IMG/VR virus record: IMGVR_UViG_3300011113_000621
Coordinates: 1 to 64,000 of that record
Length of the DNA: 64,000 nt
Reading direction: 5' to 3' (one strand)
Origin: a virus
Below the pieces are notes generated by a model. That model saw nothing but the letters and a program-made list of their open reading frames with translations. It was not told where the DNA came from and did no database searches. A program made the translations under genes and the position numbers. Below are positions 9,231 through 19,434 of this stretch, one piece after another. Every line of letters begins with the position of its first letter. The stretch's first letter is position 1.

Positions 9231-9307
9231 TTTTCCCTCTCGTAACTAAGTCCTACGGATGGACTGTATACTGAGAGGAAAGATGCGACCTGTCTAAATC
9301 ACTTTAT

Positions 9308-9610
9308 TTAGCTAGTTTTTTCTGCCTGGGTTCTTCCTACCTCATACCCGCAACCAGCGTATCCTGCAATATCAATCCAGGTATCAGGTTGAAACCCAGA
9401 CTTATTTGCGTATCGCGCGATCTTTAACCCAATCATTAACATTCCCACGTCCTCCTGGGTAATGTTTATCCCAAGAATCACTGACCATATTCTTGCAATG
9501 CGATCAAAGTTTTCCTCAGGACCTCCATATTGAATGTCACGGTCACCTACAATGATGCGCGCAGCTTCACGCAATGCCTCTACTCGATATAAAGATTTCT
9601 CATCACTCAT
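9308..9610 (-). CDS. DUF6378-like phage protein (frequently found in nucleotide-metabolism clusters)
   Basis: L.EA..II.GDR...YG.PEENF.RIA..WS...LKIAR...DTWIDIAGYAGC. Confidence 0.75.
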   Translation of the reverse strand: MSDEKSLYRVEALREAARIIVGDRDIQYGGPEENFDRIARIWSVILGINITQEDVGMLMIGLKIARYANKSGFQPDTWIDIAGYAGCGYEVGRTQAEKTS

Positions 9611-9611
9611 A

Positions 9612-9812
9612 TTATTCCTCTATCTTTGTCTTTACAATTACATATGCCATGTATCTTTTATCATTTTCTGTAGATGCAAGCATGCGCACCTCAGCGCCTA
9701 ATGGAAGTTTTGCGTCTTCATCTTCATTTATTCTCTTCCACTCAGCTAGTACTTTTTCCTTTACCTGTGAAATAGTTTCACCTGACACATAAAATTCAAT
9801 AGACGATCTCAT
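9612..9812 (-). CDS. Hypothetical protein
   Basis: Tightly packed ORF (ATGA overlap) inside the operon. Confidence 0.55.
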   Translation of the reverse strand: MRSSIEFYVSGETISQVKEKVLAEWKRINEDEDAKLPLGAEVRMLASTENDKRYMAYVIVKTKIEE

Positions 9813-10228
9813 TGAATTCGTTTCTGCAGTTGATAAGGAGCGTAGTGAGCGCCATCAAGAATTGGTTCCTTGTCATCAGTTGACTTAAACACAATATCTC
9901 CGTAGCGCACGGCAACAACGCGTCCTCTTCTTCCATTGTGAATAACTCCTGTACTACCGTCATAGGCATCAGCCTTTACGCGAACCTCATCACCTACGGT
10001 AATTGATCCAGGTTGAGCATCAATCCATTTTTCAGTTGGCGGCTCAGGAACAATTGAGTGTGTAAGCGCAAGTTGTGGAAACAACGCAACGACCTCCTTT
10101 ACTTGTGGATTAGAAAGATCAAGCGTTTCCCACGTCTTTAGTAACTTTAAGATGGCGTTTCCAACACCAACCTTTACACGTGCACCTTGCATTTGTTGGC
10201 GCACCCAGTCATAATTTACCTCAGGCAT
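9809..10228 (-). CDS. Hypothetical protein with SH3/KOW-like C-terminal domain
   Basis: ITVGDEVRVK...HNGRRGRVVAVRYGDIVF; overlaps both neighbours. Confidence 0.55.
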   Translation of the reverse strand: MPEVNYDWVRQQMQGARVKVGVGNAILKLLKTWETLDLSNPQVKEVVALFPQLALTHSIVPEPPTEKWIDAQPGSITVGDEVRVKADAYDGSTGVIHNGRRGRVVAVRYGDIVFKSTDDKEPILDGAHYAPYQLQKRIQ

Positions 10229-10706
10229 TTCCGTCTACCTCCTTTGGGAGACATTTTGCACACATATCTGGTGATGCGCCTCGACCAACGTCGTCAATTG
10301 CACGGGCGCAGAGCGCACACTTGACGCCAATATCTTTAATCTTGTATCCGTCTAACTGCCTTTGTTTGTTTCGTTCCATCTTTTCAATGTAAAACTTATC
10401 AAGCATTTCATCTGTTCCACCAGCGGCAACAATTATGTTTGCGACAAAGTGTAGAACGTCAACGGCCTCCTTGATAATTTCCTCGCGGTCTGCGTATGGC
10501 TTATCGTGTTGCCAAGGCTTCCATGATATTGCCTGGCGCATCTCTGCAAGTTCATCGTCAATGGCAAGCATATTCCAACGCATGTACTCAATGAGACGAC
10601 GAATATTAGCGTCCTTGTCGCCTGACATATCCTCAAAGTTTATGTAATAAACGTTTGTTTGTAGATCCTTTGTGCGTTTAATCCAGTTATTAAACAATAT
10701 TCCCAT
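10221..10706 (-). CDS. All-alpha NTP pyrophosphohydrolase (dimeric dUTPase / T4 gp56 dCTPase / MazG-like) with C-terminal CxxC-CxxC
   Basis: DELAEM...WKPW...EEIIKEAVDVLHF...YIEKMERNKQRQLDGY. Confidence 0.8.
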   Translation of the reverse strand: MGILFNNWIKRTKDLQTNVYYINFEDMSGDKDANIRRLIEYMRWNMLAIDDELAEMRQAISWKPWQHDKPYADREEIIKEAVDVLHFVANIIVAAGGTDEMLDKFYIEKMERNKQRQLDGYKIKDIGVKCALCARAIDDVGRGASPDMCAKCLPKEVDGNA

Positions 10707-10711
10707 GACTA

Positions 10712-11737
10712 CTATTTTCCTTTCGTTGCGTATAGGTTTAATGCGTCAGATACAGTCACCGCAGCATCTCTACGAGACGGAATTGACTTAGCATATTCTT
10801 CTCTTTGTGCGTGAGCGACTTCCACGCGTTTGTCAATGGGAAGAGTTTCAATGTGAGATGCAAGATATGTCCATGAATCTCCAATGGCTTGACTCTCTCG
10901 CCAATCTGTAGCTACGGGAGTAGAGGCATTAAGCGACTGTATTAGTCGATATGACCACCAAGTACCTCCTGTTTGATACGGACTAATTAAGGAGCCAATG
11001 CCAGAGCTTATTTGTGAGAATACCTGCTCGTCGTTCCAACCTTTATGCCACTTCATTGGAACTGACTGATAAGCAAGCATTCCAGTAACTTCCTTTATCC
11101 AGCTTGTGTTGTAATTTTCTACTACCCATTTATCACGCTTTTCAACTTCAATTGAGTCCTGCGTAGATAGTATGTATGAGTCCAGGTTTATTGCACACAA
11201 AGACTCAGCTGCACCTGCAGGTAATTGAGAAATTATCTTGCCTGTCCCAGACCAAGGAAGTGCTGGATACAAGGTAGTTGGCCACTCATCATTAAGAAGT
11301 CGATTTACAACCGCAAGTAAGTTTGATGCCATACCTGGAACTGTTGCATACATAAAACCTTTACGATACGAGTAAAAAGGCTTTGTTAAGTTATCTGGAG
11401 TTTTTACGATTGCACGTAAGCTCGCAGTTATGCGCGTTGGCTCTGGCGCATCAATAAAAAAGCGCAGTTTAGACGACTCTTGTAAAAGATCTATTAAGTT
11501 AAGTGCGCCATATACACGATTTGCACTTAAACTAGTTAATGGGCTAAGTCCAATAAGCACAAGATCGTATTGATCAAGGTCATTTATGTTCCATGAAATA
11601 TCAGGATCATCTTGAACTACCTCATGCCCGAGCTGAGAAAGAACATTACAAATAAGTCCAGCAAAAGATAGCGAGCGTTTATTGGCCTCGGCTGATGCGT
11701 GAGGCGCACTCATTCCTGTAATAAGTATCTTACTCAT
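10712..11737 (-). CDS. GT-B glycosyltransferase, T4 DNA beta-glucosyltransferase-like (paralog 2)
   Basis: KILITG...LGHEV...YDLVLIGLSPL...FFIDAPE...WWSYRLIQSL.ASTPVATD; colinear with the adjacent paralog. Confidence 0.6.
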   Translation of the reverse strand: MSKILITGMSAPHASAEANKRSLSFAGLICNVLSQLGHEVVQDDPDISWNINDLDQYDLVLIGLSPLTSLSANRVYGALNLIDLLQESSKLRFFIDAPEPTRITASLRAIVKTPDNLTKPFYSYRKGFMYATVPGMASNLLAVVNRLLNDEWPTTLYPALPWSGTGKIISQLPAGAAESLCAINLDSYILSTQDSIEVEKRDKWVVENYNTSWIKEVTGMLAYQSVPMKWHKGWNDEQVFSQISSGIGSLISPYQTGGTWWSYRLIQSLNASTPVATDWRESQAIGDSWTYLASHIETLPIDKRVEVAHAQREEYAKSIPSRRDAAVTVSDALNLYATKGK

Positions 11738-12954
11738 GCAAGTGTACCATCAGCATTTCTTTTTAGTCCTTTGTCCTCTTGTAGTGCGCGATTTATGATG
11801 CGACTGCAGTGTTCTACAAACGATGAGTATTGAGGAACAAACGGAGTAAACGCGTCACGTTGCGCCTGAGCTGCCTCGATAAGTTGAGCATCACTCATCT
11901 TTTCAACATCTGCAATTTTAAGTTTATACGCGTCACCTAATGGATCACCTTCACCTTTGTCAGTTACAAGAATTGATCCTACGTGCGCGGTGTAAAGAAA
12001 GCGACTGCGCCACCAGCCAGATCCAGCGTGCGGATATGGTGGAGAAAGAATTCCCCAATGTTGATTGTAAAACTCCAACACGTCCTTCTCTGTGTCAAAT
12101 CTTTGTCCGCCAAGTTTGCGTATTAACTTGCGACTGCCAACAATTTCAACTGGCCAAGTTAGATTTTTCTTTTCAAGCCAAGTATCATGTGGCATTAACG
12201 CACCTAAAACCCATGCGCGTTTCTTAAGTGACTGATTTAGTGGGACTACAGGACTTAGCGTTGGGACTATTGTTGATGTCGGGTCTAATGCCTCAATTGG
12301 ACCAAGTTCCTTTGGCATACGTTTACGCACAATAGATCTATCACCAAACGAGTACATAGGACAAACTGGAACCATACCAGCGGACCAACGCTCAATTAAA
12401 AGATCCTCGGCAGCTTGAACAAGCCTTTTCTCCCAGGGTTTAATTGTTTCATCGTTATCCATCATGTAATAGCGTTCAATGTAGCACTTCTTTGCCGCAT
12501 CTGGACTTACTGCACGCACTCTTTCAAGTGCAGCCTCAATGTCTGCACGACTAAAATATGTTGCGCCTTCATCACCGCGATGTTCAGTTCCAACAAGCAG
12601 ATGTTTGTACAACATCTCAGGTTTGCGAACTAGTGCCTTTGCTCCGTTGAACACAGTATTAAACTGCCAATCATCAAAAAATCCAACACAAGGTAGTCCA
12701 GATGACAGTGTGTAAAGTGCACCCATTGCGCCTTGTCTGCCGTTAAGCGAGTTTAATGGTGCAAGATTGACCCAGGCAACATCATATGAAGACAAGTCCT
12801 CGCCGGGAGTTACCTTACGCCAATCAACTTCATGACCTAACTCACGCAACGCCTGTGCAATAGACGCAGGCACGTCAATTTTTTGTATCGTCCTTTTTTC
12901 AGTGTTTATCTGCAGTGCAGTAAACCCTGTCATTAAGACAGATAACTTTTTCAT
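11734..12954 (-). CDS. GT-B glycosyltransferase, T4 DNA beta-glucosyltransferase-like (paralog 1)
   Basis: VLMTG...LGHEVDW...YDVAWVNLAPLNSLNG (cf. BGT YDRLIVVNSSINFFGG), FFDDWQ (cf. BGT LFTDIR), WWRSRF...ILVTD. Confidence 0.65.
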   Translation of the reverse strand: MKKLSVLMTGFTALQINTEKRTIQKIDVPASIAQALRELGHEVDWRKVTPGEDLSSYDVAWVNLAPLNSLNGRQGAMGALYTLSSGLPCVGFFDDWQFNTVFNGAKALVRKPEMLYKHLLVGTEHRGDEGATYFSRADIEAALERVRAVSPDAAKKCYIERYYMMDNDETIKPWEKRLVQAAEDLLIERWSAGMVPVCPMYSFGDRSIVRKRMPKELGPIEALDPTSTIVPTLSPVVPLNQSLKKRAWVLGALMPHDTWLEKKNLTWPVEIVGSRKLIRKLGGQRFDTEKDVLEFYNQHWGILSPPYPHAGSGWWRSRFLYTAHVGSILVTDKGEGDPLGDAYKLKIADVEKMSDAQLIEAAQAQRDAFTPFVPQYSSFVEHCSRIINRALQEDKGLKRNADGTLA

Positions 12955-12970
12955 AGTACTCCTCTCGTGC

Positions 12971-13030
12971 TAAGTGTGTTTAGCGCGTCACCTACGCATA
13001 ATATACATAGGTGACGACTAAACGCACTTA
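12971..13030 (-). terminator. Long stem-loop after the SSB gene (terminator or processing site)
   Basis: Arms taagtgtgtttag...gtcaccta and taggtgac...ctaaacgcactta; no clear U-tract. Confidence 0.45.
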
Positions 13031-13552
13031 GAACGGAGAGGCAGGTGCCGCCGCTACTGGTGCAGGAGCTGCTGCTGGTGCAGGTGCGGGTGCGGGTGCA
13101 GGCGCTGGTGCAGGAGCTGCTGCTGGTGCAGCAGATGCTGCTGCCGCTGCAGCCGCGTAGTACATCTTGATTTCATTTTTCTTGTTACCTTGCCAGGTAC
13201 GTGAACCTACCTGTGCACGGAACGAGCGTCCTTTTAATGCTGCTTCAATTTGAGCATTTGAAGGATTAGATGCAAAGAACTCGCGGCCAAGACCAAGAGC
13301 TCCCATCTTGCGGAAGAACATTCCGAGAGCCGCAGAGTTATCCGGTGTAACTACTAAGTTATCCCAGATTAGTCTCTTTGCGTGAGCGCCAGTTGTTACC
13401 TGCGCCTTAACTGCAAACATAGTCTTGCCTGATTGCGAGACCTTTGCTGTAGCCTCTACGATGGTTAGATCATAATCGCCATCGGGTAGAGGTTCATAAC
13501 TTGCTGATTCACCTGCGTCTTTAACGAGGTCGCCCCAGTTGAGAGTACTCAC
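13028..13552 (-). CDS. DUF669-like single-stranded DNA-binding protein
   Basis: YEPLPDGDY...SQSGKTMF...WDNLV...NEIK; Ala/Pro linker ending PF; follows the Sak4-like ATPase. Confidence 0.75.
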   Translation of the reverse strand: MSTLNWGDLVKDAGESASYEPLPDGDYDLTIVEATAKVSQSGKTMFAVKAQVTTGAHAKRLIWDNLVVTPDNSAALGMFFRKMGALGLGREFFASNPSNAQIEAALKGRSFRAQVGSRTWQGNKKNEIKMYYAAAAAAASAAPAAAPAPAPAPAPAPAPAAAPAPVAAAPASPF

Positions 13553-13555
13553 TGA

Positions 13556-14326
13556 TTAGCCTTTCTGTTCTGTTGGTTGTGGTTGTATTGGTGTCTTTGG
13601 ACCAAACACGACATCAAGCATACGCTCAATGCCGAGATTCTCTTGTTCTACGATTGCGCCAAGACGACCTTGAACGCGCTCGCCAGCTTCGTACTCATTG
13701 GTACGTTCTACATACATGCGTCGCACTTTATACGGAGGTTGCAGTGGATCTGGGTTTGGTAAAGATTCGACTGTCAACGCTCCAAGAATATCATAAAAGT
13801 ATGGTGCTTGGATTGCTAACTGTCCTTGTAGGTATGGACGAGCACGTCCATCACTTGAGCGTGCCATTGCAGTTAATACAACAGCTTCGAGTGCGTTAGT
13901 TGGATGCATAGTTAAGTCACGTAGGTCGCGTAGTAGCGCACCCATGTGGCGAAGTAGTTCACCCCACTGTTGCATTTTCATTTGTTCATTGCCTGCAATT
14001 GAGTCCATACACTTAACCTGCAACTCAGATATTGAGTCAATGATTAAGCTTTTGAACTGGTGTTTACCTAGTTGCAGCCATTGATACGTCTTTAGAACTG
14101 TATCGTAATCACGAACGGTGACAACACACGTATCCCAGGTACCATCTGCGACAGGCGGTTCCTCGCGCAGTGGGTCCCAATACTTAACTATGATTGGCAG
14201 AAATCGATGTCCGCCTTCAACGTCGAGCATTAGTCGGGGATACGGTGCTGTGACAGCAAAGGTGGACTTTCCAACTTTAGACTCTCCATACACCATCATC
14301 GTGAGGGATCGTTGTACTTGTGACAT
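13556..14326 (-). CDS. Sak4-like AAA_24 ssDNA-annealing ATPase
   Basis: Walker A YGESKVGKST, LDVEGG, Walker B LIIDSISE. Confidence 0.8.
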   Translation of the reverse strand: MSQVQRSLTMMVYGESKVGKSTFAVTAPYPRLMLDVEGGHRFLPIIVKYWDPLREEPPVADGTWDTCVVTVRDYDTVLKTYQWLQLGKHQFKSLIIDSISELQVKCMDSIAGNEQMKMQQWGELLRHMGALLRDLRDLTMHPTNALEAVVLTAMARSSDGRARPYLQGQLAIQAPYFYDILGALTVESLPNPDPLQPPYKVRRMYVERTNEYEAGERVQGRLGAIVEQENLGIERMLDVVFGPKTPIQPQPTEQKG

Positions 14327-14329
14327 GCG

Positions 14330-15259
14330 TCACTCACTTCCTTTCTTCTCTTCTGTTCCGTAGTATCCATATGGATCTCCTACATCGAACATTTCACTGA
14401 TTGCTTGTTCGGCGGCGCTTCCGTCGTCTAACAGTGGGCATACAGTGAAAAACTGGCATTTCCATTTGCAGTCGCGACTTGGGCGCGGATATGCAACGTA
14501 GCGATGATCTGCACCTGCGTCAAGGTCATCGCGTGTTTTCATTAGGTCAGTTAAAACTCCATTTACTCTTTGCCAAAATGAACGTAAGGCAAAGACATTG
14601 TGACGTACCTCAATTTGATCAAAAAATGGTGGACGTGCATTTGCGCTTCTTTTTACCTTTTTTAACAAGGTAAATATTCCGCCTTCGCTTCTTTCACCGT
14701 CTTTATTTTGTGCTGTCTCAAGTAACATATATGTAAGTATCTGCTCATTCATGTGCGCCATTGCACCAAAGTCTGTAAATGATCCACCGACAGTCTTAAA
14801 GTCGCGGAACATACGCACACCATCAGCCTTACGACGAACACGCATATCAATCTTTCCTTGAAGCTCTACGCGTCCCTCAAGCATTGGCATTGAAATAATT
14901 TCCTCGGTAGAGATCATCTCTAGCTCTGAGTCAATTCCGTTTTCCTCAACCCATTGCAGATAACCTTCAAGCATGATGCGTCCAAGCTCTGCCTCAGAGT
15001 CAAGGTCGTAAGTATCACGAAATGAATCCTCTAATGCCTTGCGGTCCGTTGCAACTAATATAGAGTGCGCCTCTAAAAGTGGAATACCTTTCGAGTAGTA
15101 GTCATCAAGTGCCTGGTGAATGCGGCTTCCAAGTGCGAGCGCGCCTGTCATCTGTTGTGTTTTAGGTTGTAAACGTCTGTAGTAACTTAGCCACCACTTA
15201 CGCTTGCAGTCCTTATAGGTTTGAACTTCAGAGTTGGAAATCTTTATAGGCTCTGTCAT
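14330..15259 (-). CDS. PD-(D/E)XK Cas4/RecB-like exonuclease
   Basis: S.SE...YKDC.RKW, GSRIH, GKID, RDFKT, C-terminal C..C.....C. Confidence 0.8.
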   Translation of the reverse strand: MTEPIKISNSEVQTYKDCKRKWWLSYYRRLQPKTQQMTGALALGSRIHQALDDYYSKGIPLLEAHSILVATDRKALEDSFRDTYDLDSEAELGRIMLEGYLQWVEENGIDSELEMISTEEIISMPMLEGRVELQGKIDMRVRRKADGVRMFRDFKTVGGSFTDFGAMAHMNEQILTYMLLETAQNKDGERSEGGIFTLLKKVKRSANARPPFFDQIEVRHNVFALRSFWQRVNGVLTDLMKTRDDLDAGADHRYVAYPRPSRDCKWKCQFFTVCPLLDDGSAAEQAISEMFDVGDPYGYYGTEEKKGSE

Positions 15260-17061
15260 AGTTTTCCTGCCTTATCATCTTTAAGTAAGCTAAGTAGCTT
15301 GTCTTTGTCACGAACAATTTGTTCGAAGTTGTCTGCCTTGGTTTCAAGAACTTGAATCACCCGTTCCTCAATAGTTCCCTCAGTAACATAGTCTGTCACA
15401 ATAATTGAGTCATGAATTTCTGATCCAATACGGTGTACACGATCCAAGGCCTGCTTGTGATCAACAAGTGACCATGGACGTTGCAACATGATTAGGCGAC
15501 GTGCGGCAGTTAGTGTAATACCAACTCCACCTGCCTGGGCTGTAAAAAGAATCCACTTGATCTTGCCTGCTTGAAAATCATCAACCGCTTGTTGACGTTC
15601 GTCCTCGCTTTGAGATCCAGTGATAAGACCGTGTCGTATATCTTCCTTAGTCAGTGCAGCGCTTAAAAGATAGATTAACTGTCTTGAGACTGCACATACG
15701 GCGACTGAGTCATTTCCAAAGTCACCATTTTTTATATCGTCCATCAATGCCTCAACCTTACAAGATGGATCTGCAAGAACAGCTTTAATCTCGCCTGTAG
15801 TTTCGTTTGTTGCCATTTCGGCGTATGAACTTGCAAACTGTAAAAGACGAATTGTTTGTGTAAGCGCAGATGGTGCGGTAAGCGCCTCTCCGCCTTCTAG
15901 CTCTGCAATCATCATGTCACGCATTTGGTCATAAGCTTTCTTTTGCTTAGTTGACATCTCTACATCACGACGTTCAAACATCATCTCTGGTAGCCATGGA
16001 AGTACCTTTGCCTTAAGCATACGACGCATACGTGGATTTATTGCTGCATAAAATTCTTGTTCCATGTGAGGCTTAACACCTAAAACCATCATGCCGCCAA
16101 AGGCATTAAGCATGGTGTTAATCATTCTGTCAACCCAACGTGTTTTACTTGGCCACTCATTTGGGCTTAGCCAGTGAAGAATTGACCACAGATCTAAAAC
16201 ATCGTTTGCAATTGGTGTTCCTGTAAGTGCAAATCTAATATCCGCATCACCTGTGGCAGCCCAAAGCGCACGAGTCTGCTTTGACTTTGCTTCCTTGGAC
16301 CTGTGAATTTCGTCAGCTATAACTGCCTTAAAATCAATGTTGTTTAGCTCACGCGGGTGAACTTCGCAGCGATTTTCCGACACCTTTTCATCGTGTCCGC
16401 CGCAGGACTGACACCTTGCTAGAGCAATGGACCCATAACCTGCCAGGCGTGAATGTGTTCTTAAACCTTCCCAGTTAATTACGTAAACATCCGCTGGTTC
16501 TTCAAATTGCTTACGGCGTTGACCTGCGCTTCCTTTGATGACTTGCACGTTTACGTCTGGCCACCACTTTACAAACTCACGCTTCCAATTTTTCTTTAGG
16601 GTATTAGGGCAAACTACCAAGGCAGGGAATATATCCTCACCTGAGTCCTTAAATGCCTTTAATGCGCGTATTGCCTGGGCAGTCTTACCAAGGCCAGGCT
16701 CGTCGGCAAGTAGGGCACGTCGCGCAGTCTTCAAAAATGCAACGCCAGCTCTCTGGTGGGGAAATAGGTCCGCGTTAGAGAGGTCCTCTAGGGTCTCTAG
16801 GTCACGTAGAGTATTCGCTGGGGTAATCCGATTGGCAAGCTCATTGGTGGCCCAGTCGGTCAATTTAGGGCCAATAATTAGGTCATTTCTAAAGGTAGAT
16901 CTCAACGCGAGACACGTTGCCCAGCTCAATGGGACTGTCCACACGCTCAGCTTTGTGTCCCACTTTGCACCAGGTAAGCTTTTACAAAGTTCCTTAAAGC
17001 GCCACTCAGCATTGATTACTACGTGCTTGTTTGTATCGTCAAGCTCTACGTTCACAGACAC
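15256..17061 (-). CDS. SNF2-family DNA helicase
   Basis: LADEPGLGKT, DEIH, LTGTPIAN, GGVGITLT, QALDRVHRIG. Confidence 0.92.
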   Translation of the reverse strand: MSVNVELDDTNKHVVINAEWRFKELCKSLPGAKWDTKLSVWTVPLSWATCLALRSTFRNDLIIGPKLTDWATNELANRITPANTLRDLETLEDLSNADLFPHQRAGVAFLKTARRALLADEPGLGKTAQAIRALKAFKDSGEDIFPALVVCPNTLKKNWKREFVKWWPDVNVQVIKGSAGQRRKQFEEPADVYVINWEGLRTHSRLAGYGSIALARCQSCGGHDEKVSENRCEVHPRELNNIDFKAVIADEIHRSKEAKSKQTRALWAATGDADIRFALTGTPIANDVLDLWSILHWLSPNEWPSKTRWVDRMINTMLNAFGGMMVLGVKPHMEQEFYAAINPRMRRMLKAKVLPWLPEMMFERRDVEMSTKQKKAYDQMRDMMIAELEGGEALTAPSALTQTIRLLQFASSYAEMATNETTGEIKAVLADPSCKVEALMDDIKNGDFGNDSVAVCAVSRQLIYLLSAALTKEDIRHGLITGSQSEDERQQAVDDFQAGKIKWILFTAQAGGVGITLTAARRLIMLQRPWSLVDHKQALDRVHRIGSEIHDSIIVTDYVTEGTIEERVIQVLETKADNFEQIVRDKDKLLSLLKDDKAGKL

Positions 17062-17146
17062 CTAAAAGGTTCCTTTCGTCATTAAGTCGTTATACTAACA
17101 GGTTTTGATAAAAAAGTAACTACATTTTGACCTAGTATGTAGATTT

Positions 17147-17611
17147 TTATTGGAGCAGGCGCAAGGGCTTCCATCCTAACTTTACACAGCGCAAAAGACC
17201 GTGGCGAATCGCATCTAACGCGTGTCCGTCACCGCCCTTATGCCAATATTCCAACTTTTTCAACTTAGGATTATCAAACATTGCCTTGGCGTCCGCTGGA
17301 GACTGGAAGATAATTGAATCAGGATCTAATCCACTATCTAGCATTATCTGTTTTAGAACGCCAATTTGCTCAAGGCTATAAGGTGCCTGTGAGTTGCGCA
17401 CCGTTTGTGCGTTTATGATAAACCTTTCGCAAACTACTTGTATTGCTATGTTACCTACCTTTGCGGTATTTAGTGCCTCACGTATTGGCTGAGCGTATTC
17501 TTTCATTTGATACTCGCCAGACATTATAATTTTTGGCTCGTCTCCAAGGTTTAAGGAAATCAACGCAATTCCACTTGCCTTGCCAGGGTCAACTGCTAGT
17601 ATATGCATCAC
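17147..17611 (-). CDS. RuvC-like Holliday-junction resolvase (RNase H fold)
   Basis: ILAVDPGKASG, VVCE, HALDAIRH; directly after polA. Confidence 0.7.
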   Translation of the reverse strand: MMHILAVDPGKASGIALISLNLGDEPKIIMSGEYQMKEYAQPIREALNTAKVGNIAIQVVCERFIINAQTVRNSQAPYSLEQIGVLKQIMLDSGLDPDSIIFQSPADAKAMFDNPKLKKLEYWHKGGDGHALDAIRHGLLRCVKLGWKPLRLLQ

Positions 17612-19434
17612 TTATATTTTTCTCCCCAGTTTTCCATAGGCCCGTCTATTCCTGCAGTAAGAGGAACATCCCAGCCTTGCGTAGTTGTCATGCACTGCTT
17701 AACAATGTTTTTAATTTCTTCAACGTCCTTCCTTGGCGCGTTAAGAACAATTTCATCGTGTACTGGAACTATGAGAAGTTCAGTTAAGTCAGCTTGATCT
17801 AACTTAACAAGGTTTGCCTTAAATACCTCGGCAGCGCCTCCTTGGATTAAATAATTCACCAGTGTGTAAACTCGGTCTTCATCGCACGGAAGGCGTCTGC
17901 CTGTCCATGTATATACATACCCTTGACCTTCTGCCTTTAGGCGACGCATTCCAGCATCTTCAATTTGGCGTTGAAAGTGCGACATTCCAGGAAACCTTGT
18001 ATCAAAAGCATCTGATACAGATCTCATTTGCCCTTCTTGTACTCCAGCTGTAATTGCTTGCTTCGCGACTCCAGCTCCATAAAGACGACCGTATACCGTT
18101 CCTTTAATAAGGTTACGACGCTTATCTGAGCGTTGCATATTTGGATCGTTGTAGATTTCTCTACCAATTTCCGTAAACGGATCTGACCCAGTAGCATCAG
18201 CTCTATTGAATAGGTTGATGAGATTTGGATCTTGCGAGAGCGAGGCAAACATTCTGAACTCGACTTGGTCAAGGTCGCTGGTAACAATGACATGTTCATC
18301 GTCCTTTGGGATAAATGCCGTGCGAACAGTGTCATCACCCTTAGGCAATGTCTGCAAGGCTGGATTTTGTATGCTCATACGACTCGTGCGAGCGCCAAGT
18401 GTTTTTACGGAAGGGTGAACTACTCCGTTTACGTTATCACTTAAGAAGTTTGAAAAATAAGTGTTTGCAAGCTTGTCTGCCTTACGTTGTTTTAACACGA
18501 TTTCGGCAAGATTTTTTACCTCGTCGTTTCCGTTAATGGTAAGTAGCTTTAATTGGTCCTTTGTTGCAGATTTTTGTCCTGTAGGTGTAAATTCTGTAAT
18601 TTCCGCGCCAAGTTTTTCAAAAAGACGCACTAGTTGAATGTTACTTGATATGGAAGTGCCGTTGTAGGTCTGCTTAGCCCAGTCTTTTACCGACTGACTG
18701 TAATCATTTAGCTCGTCATACTTTCTTTTAGAGTACTCAAGGTCTACGCGTGCTCCATTGATCTCCATGCGCGTAACGATCTTGCGTGCAGCCATTTCAA
18801 GTTCGTAAGCGCGGTTATATGGACCCGTAGGACCGCACTTTTCATAAAACATCTCCCACAGACGCATTGTAAGCACTGTATCAAGTGCTCCGTATGCCCA
18901 AAACGGTTCAAAGTTTACTGGAACTGTTCCCCATGTCCAACCATTTTCAATAAGCTTAAGGTCTAAGGTATCTTGCAACGCAACTGCGCGGCCATCAACG
19001 TGTAGTGCGGCAAGTTGCTTTAACGCACCAGATCCTAAAGGGTCAATTATGTGTGCCATAATCATAGTGTCGTGTGACCTATGCCATGGAATGTCCCAGC
19101 GTGATTGAACTGCAAACCAACGAGCCTCAAATGCTATGTTGTGACACACTAAAGGTCCATCAAACTTGTCCATAGCCTCGTAGAAAACACCAGCCCACTC
19201 TTGCCAAGGAATAGACCAACCTTGTTGGCCATCTCCGACTTGAACAAGACGTAGTTGACCGTGCCATGGAGATAGCGCATCACTGCGTTGACCACCTGGA
19301 CGCTCACCAGTTTCTGTATCAACTGCAATTGCGTTGTGTGGGCGTCTTTCACCGAGCCAACGTATAAAGGCATTAGCCTTTTCTACGCTGTCTACAAGGT
19401 GAAGCTTGACGTCGCCTAGTCCGCTATCTGTCAT
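17608..19434 (-). CDS. polA: Family A DNA polymerase (3'-5' exonuclease + polymerase)
   Basis: ExoI VDTET, HN..FE, YGALD; motif A DLDQVEFR, motif B KGTVYGRLYG, NYLIQGGAA, motif C VHDE. Confidence 0.95.
   Translation of the reverse strand: MTDSGLGDVKLHLVDSVEKANAFIRWLGERRPHNAIAVDTETGERPGGQRSDALSPWHGQLRLVQVGDGQQGWSIPWQEWAGVFYEAMDKFDGPLVCHNIAFEARWFAVQSRWDIPWHRSHDTMIMAHIIDPLGSGALKQLAALHVDGRAVALQDTLDLKLIENGWTWGTVPVNFEPFWAYGALDTVLTMRLWEMFYEKCGPTGPYNRAYELEMAARKIVTRMEINGARVDLEYSKRKYDELNDYSQSVKDWAKQTYNGTSISSNIQLVRLFEKLGAEITEFTPTGQKSATKDQLKLLTINGNDEVKNLAEIVLKQRKADKLANTYFSNFLSDNVNGVVHPSVKTLGARTSRMSIQNPALQTLPKGDDTVRTAFIPKDDEHVIVTSDLDQVEFRMFASLSQDPNLINLFNRADATGSDPFTEIGREIYNDPNMQRSDKRRNLIKGTVYGRLYGAGVAKQAITAGVQEGQMRSVSDAFDTRFPGMSHFQRQIEDAGMRRLKAEGQGYVYTWTGRRLPCDEDRVYTLVNYLIQGGAAEVFKANLVKLDQADLTELLIVPVHDEIVLNAPRKDVEEIKNIVKQCMTTTQGWDVPLTAGIDGPMENWGEKYK

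Noticed and set aside
13040-13160. GCAGGT/GCTGCT tandem-like repeats
   Set aside because: They encode the Ala/Pro linker of the SSB.
14330-15259. Cas4-like nuclease as a sign of CRISPR-Cas
   Set aside because: It sits in a standard exonuclease-Sak4-SSB recombination module; no array or other cas genes seen.
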